In this document: positions 10,032-18,950 of the stretch, piece by piece | Layout: each line of letters starts with the position of its first letter | Numbering within the stretch: position 1 is the stretch's first letter | Origin: an uncultured Candidatus Rokubacteria bacterium | GTDB taxonomy: Bacteria; Methylomirabilota; Methylomirabilia; Rokubacteriales; DASRDR01 | Assembly: GCA_963805625.1 (NCBI GenBank) | Contig: CAWDVE010000013.1 | Location: 224,001 to 288,000 of the forward strand | Reading direction: 5' to 3' | Length of the DNA: 64,000 bases | Position numbers and translations under genes: made by a program | Notes under the pieces: generated by a model | Database searches by the model: none | What the model saw: only the letters and a program-made list of their open reading frames with translations | What the model was told of the DNA's origin: nothing

Positions 10032-10604
10032 TCACCGGACGGCGGGCACGGCGGCGAGCGCCTGTCGGAACCGCCGCGCGTATCCGACCACGTCGCGGCC
10101 GAGCCCCCCTTCGGCCCGGCCCTGGCTGACCTTGACGGGCACGACGAACGGACCGTCCTCGGCGAGAATGCGATCGAACGCCTGCTCGAGCTCGGTCTCG
10201 TTCCGAGGCTCCAGTACCTTCTCGATCCCCGCCCCCCGGGCCATCTGGGCGAAGCTCGATCGGTGCGCGGTCGCCGTGGGCTGGCCGCCCGTGGTCATGT
10301 GGACCTCGTTGTCCCAGATGACCAGTGCGAAGTTCGCGGGCTGGAGCGTTGCGATCGTGCAGAGCGACCCCAGGTTCATGAGGAGCGACCCGTCCCCGTC
10401 CAGGCACACGACGCGGACGTCCCGGCGGGCCAGCGCGATCCCCAGCCCGATGGACGAGCACTGGCCCATGGCGCCAAACGTGTAGCAGTTGAGCGGCCGG
10501 TCGCCGAGGCGCTGGAGGTCCATCGTGGCCTGGCCGAGGTTCGAGACGATGACCTCGTCGGTGAGCCGACTCACGAGCAGGCGGGTCGCGGTCGCGCGAT
10601 CCAC
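10032..10604 (-). CDS. TPP-binding decarboxylase beta subunit (sulfopyruvate decarboxylase ComE-like)
   Basis: GAMGQCSSIGLGIALA and the TPP motif DGDGSLLMNLG...WDNE...TGGQPT. Confidence 0.85.
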   Translation of the reverse strand: MDRATATRLLVSRLTDEVIVSNLGQATMDLQRLGDRPLNCYTFGAMGQCSSIGLGIALARRDVRVVCLDGDGSLLMNLGSLCTIATLQPANFALVIWDNEVHMTTGGQPTATAHRSSFAQMARGAGIEKVLEPRNETELEQAFDRILAEDGPFVVPVKVSQGRAEGGLGRDVVGYARRFRQALAAVPAVR

Positions 10605-10612
10605 GTCGCGAC

Positions 10613-11128
10613 TCAGCCGAGCTTCCCGCCGGTGAGCTCGGCGGGCAGGACGAAGGCCACGGGGAGCGACTGCGTGTAGCTCAGCTTGATGAGGCCGTCG
10701 GCCTGGGCCTCGAGGTCCGCGACGGAGCGCGGCATGACGTGCCGGATGCCCATGGCGTCGAGGAGGCGCTCGGTGGCCTGGCCCATGGGCACCTGCGCGG
10801 GATTGAACTCGCCGAGGTCGCCCCGGTGGCTGATCACGAGCACGACCGGGAGCTGGGAGGCGATGTTGAGGGAGCCCAGCGTGTTTATGCAGTTGCCGAG
10901 CCCGCTGTTCTGCATCAGGAGCGCCCCCCGCTGCCCCCCGAGCCAGGCCCCGGACAGGATCCCGAGCGCCTCCTCTTCCCGGGTCGCCGTCACGACGGTG
11001 CACGCGGGATCGGCCCAGAGGTGCTCCAGCACGTGCGAGACGATGTAGTCGGGCACCGTCGCGAAGAGGCGGATGTCATTCCGCCGCAGCACGTCCGCCA
11101 CGTGCTTGGACCAGCTCAGATCGGCCAT
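10613..11128 (-). CDS. TPP-dependent decarboxylase alpha subunit (ComD-like)
   Basis: TREEEALGI, LMQNSGLGN, ISHRGDLGE and AQVPMG motifs. Confidence 0.88.
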   Translation of the reverse strand: MADLSWSKHVADVLRRNDIRLFATVPDYIVSHVLEHLWADPACTVVTATREEEALGILSGAWLGGQRGALLMQNSGLGNCINTLGSLNIASQLPVVLVISHRGDLGEFNPAQVPMGQATERLLDAMGIRHVMPRSVADLEAQADGLIKLSYTQSLPVAFVLPAELTGGKLG

Positions 11129-11183
11129 GCCTCCCCTCCCAGGCGCCGACGATAGCATGGGGCGGGGCCCCGACGGAACTCGC

Positions 11184-11879
11184 TCACACGACCGCGCCGA
11201 ACAGCGCGCCGATCACGGCCGTCACGGCCATCGCGAGAGCGCCCCAGAACACCACGCGGGCCGTGCCCGCCCACGGGCGCGCCCCTCCGACTCGGGCGGC
11301 AAGCCACCCCAGTCCGCCCAGCAACACGAGCGACGTGCTGCCCACCACCGGAGCCAGCACCGTCTCCGGGCTGAGGGCGACGGTCACCAGCGGTGCCGCG
11401 GCGCCCACGGCAAAGCTCGCGGCCGACGCAAGGGCGGCCTGCAAGGGCCGCGCACGGAGCACCTCCGAGATACCCAGCTCGTCACGAGCATGGCTCGCCA
11501 GGGCATCGTGAGCCGTCAGCTGGACAGCCACCGTGTGAGCCAGGTCCGGGTCGAGACCGCGGCCGACGTATATGGCCGCCAGCTCCGCGAGCTCCGCATC
11601 CGGCTCCGAAGCCAGCTCTTTCTCCTCTCGCCTCAGGTCAGCGCGCTCCGTGTCGGCCTGCGAGCTGACCGACACGAACTCCCCGGCGGCCATGGACATC
11701 GCGCCGGCGACGAGGCCGGCCGTGCCCGCGACCAGCACGCTCGAGGTGCCCGCGTGAGCCGCCGCCACACCCAGGACCAGGCTCGCCGTCGACACGATCC
11801 CATCGTTGGCACCGAGGACCGAAGCCCGAAGCCAACCGATGTGTGCCGTGCGATGTGTTTCAGCATGACGAGATCGCAT
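11184..11879 (-). CDS. VIT1/CCC1-family Fe/Mn transporter
   Basis: WLRASVLGANDGIVS, GAMSMAAGEFVSVSSQ, HARDELG. Confidence 0.95.
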   Translation of the reverse strand: MRSRHAETHRTAHIGWLRASVLGANDGIVSTASLVLGVAAAHAGTSSVLVAGTAGLVAGAMSMAAGEFVSVSSQADTERADLRREEKELASEPDAELAELAAIYVGRGLDPDLAHTVAVQLTAHDALASHARDELGISEVLRARPLQAALASAASFAVGAAAPLVTVALSPETVLAPVVGSTSLVLLGGLGWLAARVGGARPWAGTARVVFWGALAMAVTAVIGALFGAVV

Positions 11880-11916
11880 GGCGTTTCCCCTCACTGCCCT
11901 CTTGATGCGACACCCC

Positions 11917-11940
11917 GCACGAGTCACAGCACGAGTCACA
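11917..11940. repeat. Perfect 12-bp tandem repeat GCACGAGTCACA x2 in the VIT1/SDR divergent intergenic region
   Basis: Directly visible at 11917-11928 and 11929-11940. Confidence 0.7.
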
Positions 11941-12110
11941 GAAAGACAACCGCGATTGTCCCGAGTCCCAGCATAGCCGGGCCGGGACCGACGGGACAAC
12001 GGAGGTTACGTGGGTTGCCGGGGCGTCTGTCACGGCTTCTCCGCCGGGTATCCTTGCGGTACTGTACGCGTCGGGCCGCGAGTGGATCCGCTCGCGGGAC
12101 GGAGGGGACC

Positions 12111-12866
12111 ATGCGTCTCGTCGGGAAGGTCGCGCTGGTGACGGGCGCCCAGCAGGGCATCGGCCGCGCCGTCGCGGTGGCGCTCGCGCGCGAGGGCGCC
12201 GCCGTGGGTGTCAACTACCTCGACGATCGCCAGGCCGCCGAGGCGGTCGCCGGCGAGGTCCGCGGCGCGGGTCGCCGCGCGTGTCTCGTCCCGGGCGACG
12301 TCGCCCGGGCGAGCGACGCGGAGGCGATGGTGGGCGCCGTGGCACGGGAACTGGGAACGCCGGCGATCCTGGTCAACAACGCGGGGGTCTTCCCGCGTAT
12401 CGACTTCCTGGCCATGACCGAGGCCGACTGGGACCACGTCCTCGACGTGAACCTCAAGGGCAGCTTCCTCTGCGCCCAGGCCGCGGCGCGGCGGATGGTC
12501 GACGCGGGGCTGAACGGCGCCATCGTGAACCTCTCGTCGGTGGCCATGCGGGGGACGCCGCTCGGAGTCCACTACGCGGCGAGCAAGGCCGGTGTCATGG
12601 GGCTCACCCGCGCCATGGCGCTCGCGCTGGCGCCCCATCGAATCCGCGTCAACGCGATCGCGCCGGGGCTCACGGACACGGCGCAACCCCGCTACGGGAA
12701 CTCGGAGGCGGAGCTCGTGGAGCTCGGCCGCCAGATCCCGCTGGAGGGCCGGATGGCGAGACCGGAGGAGATCGCCCGCGTGGCCGTGTTCCTGGCCGCC
12801 GAGGAGTCGGGCTGGATCACCGGCCAAACCATCCACGTCAACGGCGGCGCCTTCATGGGCGGATAG
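12111..12866 (+). CDS. SDR-family oxidoreductase (FabG-like)
   Basis: TGAQQGIG, NNAG, YAASK, IRVNAIAPG; GGAGG RBS. Confidence 0.95.
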   Translation: MRLVGKVALVTGAQQGIGRAVAVALAREGAAVGVNYLDDRQAAEAVAGEVRGAGRRACLVPGDVARASDAEAMVGAVARELGTPAILVNNAGVFPRIDFLAMTEADWDHVLDVNLKGSFLCAQAAARRMVDAGLNGAIVNLSSVAMRGTPLGVHYAASKAGVMGLTRAMALALAPHRIRVNAIAPGLTDTAQPRYGNSEAELVELGRQIPLEGRMARPEEIARVAVFLAAEESGWITGQTIHVNGGAFMGG

Positions 12867-12875
12867 GAGGCAGCG

Positions 12876-13697
12876 ATGCGATACCGGTGGCCGGACGGTC
12901 AGCAGTGCGCGGTGGTGCTGTCATTCGATTTCGACGCCGAATCCGGGTTCCTCTTCCGGGAGCCGGACAAGGCCAGGCGGAGCCTGGCCGGACTCGAGGA
13001 GCGGCGCTTCGGGCCCCGGGTGGGGGTCGACCGGATCCTCCGGATGCTCGACCAGCTGCGGCTCCCGGCGACGTTCTTCATCCCGGGCTGGACCGTGGAG
13101 AACCACCGTCCGCAGGCGCTCCGGATCAAGGACGCGGGCCACGAGATCGGCGCCCACGGCAACGTCCACGAGGCGGTGGACGGCCTCGACGCGGCGCAGG
13201 AAGAAGCCGTGATGCGCGCGCAGCTCCGGATCCTCGCCGATCAGCTGAGTGTGCGTCCGGCCGGCTACCGGTCGCCTTCCTGGGACGTGAACGTCCGGAC
13301 CCCGGACATCCTGAAGGCCCACGGCTTCCTCTACGACAGCTCCCTCATGGGCGACGACGTCCCGTACCAGCTCGAGACGAGCCACGGCCCGCTGATCGAG
13401 GTCCCGGTGCAGTGGATCCTCGACGACGCGCCGCTCTTCCGCCACGTGTACGGGGCCACCAACGCCATCGCCGACCCAGCGCGGGTCTTCGACCTGTGGA
13501 GCCGTGAGTTCGCGGGAATCTACCGCGAGCAGGGGTGCTTCGTCCTCACGTGCCACCCCTTCGTGATCGGGCGGGCCTCGCGGATCATGCTCCTCGAGGA
13601 GCTGGTGGCGTACATGCGCCGCTTTCCGGGAGTCTGGTTCACGACGGGCGAGGCGATTGCCCGCTGGCACGAGAAGCAAGGGCCGGCCGGGCACTGA
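12876..13697 (+). CDS. Polysaccharide deacetylase-family (PuuE-like) hydrolase
   Basis: FDFDAE, ATFFIPG, HEIGAHGNVH, GYRSPSW, YDSS, HPFVIGR. Confidence 0.9.
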   Translation: MRYRWPDGQQCAVVLSFDFDAESGFLFREPDKARRSLAGLEERRFGPRVGVDRILRMLDQLRLPATFFIPGWTVENHRPQALRIKDAGHEIGAHGNVHEAVDGLDAAQEEAVMRAQLRILADQLSVRPAGYRSPSWDVNVRTPDILKAHGFLYDSSLMGDDVPYQLETSHGPLIEVPVQWILDDAPLFRHVYGATNAIADPARVFDLWSREFAGIYREQGCFVLTCHPFVIGRASRIMLLEELVAYMRRFPGVWFTTGEAIARWHEKQGPAGH

Positions 13698-13734
13698 GTC
13701 TTCCGGCCGTGGCCGGAGCGTGAGTCCGGCCGGC

Positions 13735-15948
13735 TCAGTCCTCGTCGGCCGCCGCGCGCGCGACGGCGCCGCGATATTGGCGGAAGTGCCGCCACGCCTG
13801 ACGGAGACCCCCGACCCCGGGCCCCGGCAAGCCGGTGCGGCCCGGCTTTCGGCCCGGGCGAACCATGGCCCAGCGGCACACCGCGCCGAGATAGCGGGCG
13901 CGGGCGCCGAGTGAGTCGTGCAGGAGGAACAGCACCGCATTCCGGCTGATCGGGTCGAGCTCGTCCACCCGCTCGGCGGCGCGGAACAGGCGGCGCCCCG
14001 CCACCGTCTCGAGGTCCCGCTCGAGCCCGTCCCGCGGCGCACTGCGCAGGAAGTCCGGCGGCATCGGCAGCCCCAGCTCGCGGGACAACACCGCCGCCGG
14101 CACCCAGAATCCCCGCGGCGCCCGCATGGCGACCACCCACCGTGCCAGCCGCTCCCAGTCGAGGTCGGGGCAGCTCCGGAGGATCGCCAGGATGTCCCAG
14201 CCGGCACGGAGTCCGTGCGAGAAGCAGTGCTGCGCGCAGTGGACCACCGAGTGCAGAAGCAGGCCCTCCGGATCGAGCGTGTCGATCTCCTCGGCCGACG
14301 CCAGGGGGCGAGCGCGTCCCAGCATCTCCCCTTCTGGCAGCCCCCAGTGAGGCGCGGAGATCCGGGTGTGGATCTCCACCAGGATGCCCTGGACCGTCAC
14401 CGGGGCGAGGTGGTGCGTCGACGTCGGCCGGGCGTCGGGAACGCCGCGAAATCCGAGCTCGAGCAGCCGCCGGCGGAGGGCCGGCCCGCGGTCGGGGCCG
14501 ACGTAGAGGTCGATGTCACCGGTGGCGCGAGGCGGAACCGGGGTCCCTTCCTCGCGAGCCCGGAGGGTCAGCGCCATCCCCTTCAGCAGGACACCCCGCG
14601 CGCCGATCGAGCGGAGGCCGGCCTCCAACTGCCGGAGCACGTCCCGCTGCACCAGTTCGCGGATCCCCTCGCGCACCGCCGCTGCCCGCAAGGCCTCCGT
14701 GAAGAAGGCGGGCGCCCAGCGCGCGAGTTCCGCATCGCCCAGCGCGGGCGTGAGCGGCCGGGCCAGCCCGCACGCCGCCAGGTACGACGCCCATCGCTTC
14801 CAGTCGACGTCAGGCCGGGAGAGGATCCGCGCGGGCTCCTCCGTCCACCGCGCCCCGGGCTCCGCCGCGGCCCGGAGGAAGACCCGGGCGGCCCCCGGCC
14901 CGTTGATGTACCCGGCGTTAAGCTCGCCCCGCCGCCGGCTGTCCTGGATCACGAGCCACGCGGCCCGCCGCTCCGCGGCGAGCCCCGGGTCCACGAGCCG
15001 CAGTCTCAGCGCCGCGACCGCGCCCGCGTCGGACGTGATGTGGAGGCACAGGTCACAGATGCCGAGATAGCGCGCCCGGAACGGGAAGTGCTCGAAGCCG
15101 GGGAGCGCCCGCAGCTCGTCTCGCAAGCGGGCCGGCCCCGACGTGCGGATCGTGTCGAGGATCGGGTCCTGACGATGACGCTCCAGCAGGGTCCCGAGCG
15201 TCTCGGTCCGGAGCGAGCCGACGATCAGGGGCGACGATTCCGGCGCGAAGTAGGCCGGCCCGTTGCACGCTGTCAGGCGGCCGTCGTCCGTCACCGCCGG
15301 AATCGCGCACGCGGAGCAGAAGCCGTCCACCGCGCCGCCCATCGTCTCGGTCGGCAGGCCACGCGCCCGGCCGACCGCCTGGAGTCCGTAGAATCGCAGA
15401 CGCGTGCCGCGAAGGCCCTCGAACGGCGCGACCAGCGGGGCGAGCCCGTCCTCCCCTGCCGGCCCGGCCGGCACGACCAGGCTGATCCGGACGGGCAGGC
15501 CCACCTTCTCGGCGGCGCGGGCGATGAGGAGCGCCGGGGTCGGGCCCTGGAACTCGTCGTGGTAGCGGTCGACGCTGACGGCCAGCGAACCGAGGCCAGC
15601 CCTCCGGAGCGCCTGGACGCCGTGCCACGCCCGGGCGGCGGTGCGCCCCCAGGATCCGTTCGTCGTCAGCGACGTGGCGACGCCGAGTTGGCGCGCCGTC
15701 CGGACGAGCCGCAGGATGGTCCGAGGGCGGAGCATCGGCTCCCCGCCCGTCAGGTTGATCGCCCGGACGTCGCCTGCGGCCGCCTCACGGACACGGTCGA
15801 GAAGCTCTCGCTCCGTCGGCTCGTCCCGGAGATCGGGGCTGCTCTCCACGCTGCAGTGGCCGCATCGCATGTTGCAGCGGCGCGTCACCATGAGAGCTAT
15901 CGACGTGGCCGGCGGGAGCGTCTTCACTCGCATGCGGGCCGAGCTCAT
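13735..15948 (-). CDS. Radical SAM domain (with Cys-rich SPASM/Twitch-like extension) fused to a nucleotidyltransferase-family domain
   Basis: CNMRCGHC, TGGEP and TNG, then CSAC...ACNG...CDLC. C-terminal VLLKGMAL...TGDIDLYV...VEIH. ATGA overlap with the upstream kinase gene. Confidence 0.88.
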   Translation of the reverse strand: MSSARMRVKTLPPATSIALMVTRRCNMRCGHCSVESSPDLRDEPTERELLDRVREAAAGDVRAINLTGGEPMLRPRTILRLVRTARQLGVATSLTTNGSWGRTAARAWHGVQALRRAGLGSLAVSVDRYHDEFQGPTPALLIARAAEKVGLPVRISLVVPAGPAGEDGLAPLVAPFEGLRGTRLRFYGLQAVGRARGLPTETMGGAVDGFCSACAIPAVTDDGRLTACNGPAYFAPESSPLIVGSLRTETLGTLLERHRQDPILDTIRTSGPARLRDELRALPGFEHFPFRARYLGICDLCLHITSDAGAVAALRLRLVDPGLAAERRAAWLVIQDSRRRGELNAGYINGPGAARVFLRAAAEPGARWTEEPARILSRPDVDWKRWASYLAACGLARPLTPALGDAELARWAPAFFTEALRAAAVREGIRELVQRDVLRQLEAGLRSIGARGVLLKGMALTLRAREEGTPVPPRATGDIDLYVGPDRGPALRRRLLELGFRGVPDARPTSTHHLAPVTVQGILVEIHTRISAPHWGLPEGEMLGRARPLASAEEIDTLDPEGLLLHSVVHCAQHCFSHGLRAGWDILAILRSCPDLDWERLARWVVAMRAPRGFWVPAAVLSRELGLPMPPDFLRSAPRDGLERDLETVAGRRLFRAAERVDELDPISRNAVLFLLHDSLGARARYLGAVCRWAMVRPGRKPGRTGLPGPGVGGLRQAWRHFRQYRGAVARAAADED

Positions 15949-16826
15949 GCCGGGGCGCGAGATCCCACGAGCGCCTCGACGGCCTCGGCCATCCGGGGAA
16001 GCGGTCCGCGACCGAGATCGAAGGCCGGGACGCGGTCGGCGAGGGGCGCGAGGATCCGGATGGCGTCCCCGAGCGTCCGGCGGGACCGCTGGTTCGTGTA
16101 GGGGACGAGCGCCAGCAGGGCATGCGCGGGAGCGATCTGCTGGGGGCGCGCAGGCTCGGCGACGCCACCGCGCCGGGAGAGAAACACGATGGCGGCGAGC
16201 CGCACCGCCGTGGATCGCAGGCACGGCTCGATCTCGTCGGGATGAAACAGTTGCGAGTCGGCGAGCGCGACACTGGACGGGCCGCGCATGACTCGCTCGA
16301 AGAGGTCGTCGCCCAGGAGCGCGCGGCTCGTCGACCTGAGGGACACGCGTCGCGGAGCCGGCCGTGCCTCGGCCGCCGCCGGCTCCACCATGGCAACGTC
16401 ATCGCCGAGCAACGCGGCGCCGCGCGCCCACAGCGCGCAGGCGAGCGTCGACTTGCCAGCCTCGCCACGCCCGGCGAGCAGAATTCCCCGGCCGTTCCAT
16501 GCAACCAGGGCACCGTGCGCGATCACGACGGGCGACTCCACGATCGCCGCGACCGCTCCGTACTCCACGGCGCTGACGGCTCGGGCAGCGCTCGGCACGC
16601 GCAGATCAGCGCCCGCCGAGGACCGGACCCACCACTCCAAGTCTGCCCCGTTGTCATTCAGGCGGTCGACCCGCCAGGCACGGCTCGGCTCACCCTCTTC
16701 GTGGGTCGCCCAGGGGCGGAACACGGTCGCCGCCAGGGTCCGGACGGCGGGGTCGTCGGACGTGAGCTCGAAGCGCAGGGGTCCCGCCGTCCAGCGAATG
16801 GGCGGGCCAGCAGACGCCTGGGTCAC
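15945..16826 (-). CDS. HPr kinase-related P-loop kinase
   Basis: HGALV, Walker A GRGEAGKST and LLGDD motifs of the HprK-related family. Confidence 0.85.
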   Translation of the reverse strand: MTQASAGPPIRWTAGPLRFELTSDDPAVRTLAATVFRPWATHEEGEPSRAWRVDRLNDNGADLEWWVRSSAGADLRVPSAARAVSAVEYGAVAAIVESPVVIAHGALVAWNGRGILLAGRGEAGKSTLACALWARGAALLGDDVAMVEPAAAEARPAPRRVSLRSTSRALLGDDLFERVMRGPSSVALADSQLFHPDEIEPCLRSTAVRLAAIVFLSRRGGVAEPARPQQIAPAHALLALVPYTNQRSRRTLGDAIRILAPLADRVPAFDLGRGPLPRMAEAVEALVGSRAPA

Positions 16827-17110
16827 GAGACCGGCACGATCGCCCCGTGCCGGATCAGCTCGTCGAGGAACGACGAGACGTCTCGGACAGCGGCCTCCGG
16901 GGCCAGCGCCGGGAACCGCTCCCGCAGGGCAGCCGTGAGGTCCTCTGGGCGAGCGGGAGTGGCGAGCCGCTCCCAGAGCCGGCTGCCAGTGGGGTTCAGT
17001 ACGAGGGCACTACGGGACGTCCGGTGATAGAGCACCACCCGATCGCCGACGGGGGAAACCTCGACCTGCTCGGATCGCGCGTAGGCGGGATCCACGGCCT
17101 CGCTCACCAC
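16823..17110 (-). CDS. PqqD-family RiPP recognition element (RRE)
   Basis: 95 aa with LVLNPTGSRLWERL...DVSSFLDELIRHGAI, the PqqD pattern. GTGA overlap with the kinase. Confidence 0.88.
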   Translation of the reverse strand: MVSEAVDPAYARSEQVEVSPVGDRVVLYHRTSRSALVLNPTGSRLWERLATPARPEDLTAALRERFPALAPEAAVRDVSSFLDELIRHGAIVPVS

Positions 17111-17248
17111 GCGAGGCGCCGGCGCATCTGGCGCCCCGCCCTACCCTCCACCGTCCACATCAAGCGAATTATCGACTCCCGCATAGAGGACGTCACAGCA
17201 CCCTAGCATCCGGGACGCGAGGCTCGTCAAACTCGTCAACTCGCCAGC

Positions 17249-18490
17249 TCAGAGGCCCGCGCGGATAGCCTGCCCGAGGCGGCGGATCCCCTCGGCAATC
17301 CGTTCCGGCGGCTGGAGACTGAAGGAAAGGCGCAGGTTGTGGGTGCCACGGCCGTCGGGAAAGCACTCGGTCCCGGCCAGCGCGACGACGCGCTCCTCGA
17401 CCGCGCGCGCCTGCACCTTGGTCATGTCGGCCCTGGACGGCAGGGTCAGCCAGAGGAAGAACCCGCCCTCGGTCCGGGTCCACGTCACACCCGCCGGCAT
17501 CTCACGCGCGAGCGCCTCGTTCATCGCGTCGCGCCGCGCACGGTAGGCAACCCGGAGCGTCTCGATGTGAGCCGCGAGCCCGCCTCCCTTCATGAACGTC
17601 CCCACGACCATCGACGCGAAGCCGTTCGTGCTCCCCTCCGCCTTGAAGGCGAGCACGCGCTCGATCACGGCCGGATCGGCGAGGACGAACCCGAGGCGGA
17701 CGCCGGGCGCGACGATCTTCGAGAAGGTGCCGAGCCGCACGACGAGACCCTCGCGGTCGAGCGCGTGGAGGGTCGGGATCGGCTCTCCCTCGAACCTGAG
17801 GTCCCGGTACGCGTCGTCCTCGATGATGGGCACGCCGTGGCGCGCCGCGATGTCGAGCAGGACGCGGCGCCGGCCGAGCGACATCGTCACCCCGGCCGGG
17901 TTGTTGAACGTCGGAATCGTGTAGATGAACCGCGGCGGAGTCCCCGCCGCCTCGAGCCGCCGCACCTCTCGCTCCAGGCCCTCGACGTCGAGCCCCTCGT
18001 CGTCGAGGGACACCGGCACCGTTCGCACCCCTTGGAACCGGATGTGGTGGATCGTTCCCAGGAAGGTCGGCGCCTCACAGAGACACACGTCGCCGGAACT
18101 CGCCAGCGCCTGCACCACGAGCGCGATCGCCTGGGAGGAGCCGTTGGTCATCACGAGGCTCCCGGCCTCGACGAGCCGCCCCTCCTCGGCCTCGAGCTTC
18201 CGTCCGAGCTCGGCCAGGAGGAGCGGGTTGCCCCCGACGTTGCCGTACTGAAGCGCCACCGCGTACCTCGCCGGGTCGCGAAGCGACTCCTCCGCCGCCG
18301 CGGCAAGACCGGCAGCCGGGAACAGCGACGGGTCGGGCATGCCGTAGGCCAGCGAGATGATGTCGGGCGGGACCGCCCCCGCCCGGGGCATGGGGGTGGC
18401 CGCGCGCACGCGCGCGTTGAAGCGGTCCGGAGTCCAGGCAAACCTGCTCAACTCCGCCGTCGTGCCGTCCTGCCGCGCATCACGAGCCAT
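17249..18490 (-). CDS. PLP-dependent aminotransferase class I/II (LysN/ARO8-like)
   Basis: TNGSSQA, YTIPTFNNPAG, IIEDDAY, GTFSKIVAPGVRLG. Confidence 0.93.
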   Translation of the reverse strand: MARDARQDGTTAELSRFAWTPDRFNARVRAATPMPRAGAVPPDIISLAYGMPDPSLFPAAGLAAAAEESLRDPARYAVALQYGNVGGNPLLLAELGRKLEAEEGRLVEAGSLVMTNGSSQAIALVVQALASSGDVCLCEAPTFLGTIHHIRFQGVRTVPVSLDDEGLDVEGLEREVRRLEAAGTPPRFIYTIPTFNNPAGVTMSLGRRRVLLDIAARHGVPIIEDDAYRDLRFEGEPIPTLHALDREGLVVRLGTFSKIVAPGVRLGFVLADPAVIERVLAFKAEGSTNGFASMVVGTFMKGGGLAAHIETLRVAYRARRDAMNEALAREMPAGVTWTRTEGGFFLWLTLPSRADMTKVQARAVEERVVALAGTECFPDGRGTHNLRLSFSLQPPERIAEGIRRLGQAIRAGL

Positions 18491-18584
18491 CAGATGCTCC
18501 TCTCCGGGAGATCGTCAGCGTCCACCACGGTGTCCCACGGTACCAGACGGAAGGCGCGACCGCACCCATCCGCCGAGCACGCCG

Positions 18585-18950
18585 TCAGAAGCCACGGATC
18601 CTGTCGTGGAGCCGCCGCTCGCGCTTGGTCGGCCGCCCGAGTCCCGGCAGCCGGACCACGGCCTTCGGCGGGCGGACCGCCCGAGGAGGCGGTGGCGGCG
18701 AAAGATCGTCGTAGAGCGCGCGGGCCTCCGGAGCCGGACCGCGCCGCTCCGTCAACAGCTTCACCACCGCCTCACGCCGCCACTCCCCCAGCGTCACCTG
18801 GATCCGATCACCCGGGCGGATCGCACGCGCCGGCTTCGCGGCCTGACCGTTGACGTCGACCTTTCCGCCGTCGCACGCGGTCTGCGCGAGGCTGCGGGTC
18901 TTGTAGAACCGGGCCGCCCACAGCCACTTGTCGAGACGCATCGCGTCCAT
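18585..18950 (-). CDS. hslR: Ribosome-associated heat shock protein Hsp15 (S4 domain)
   Basis: MRLDKWLWAARFYKTRSLA...GRPTKRERR. Confidence 0.93.
   Translation of the reverse strand: MDAMRLDKWLWAARFYKTRSLAQTACDGGKVDVNGQAAKPARAIRPGDRIQVTLGEWRREAVVKLLTERRGPAPEARALYDDLSPPPPPRAVRPPKAVVRLPGLGRPTKRERRLHDRIRGF

Noticed and set aside
13918-16101. 727-aa plus-strand ORF
   Set aside because: Antisense to the rSAM-NTase gene, Arg/Pro/Gly-rich and without motifs.
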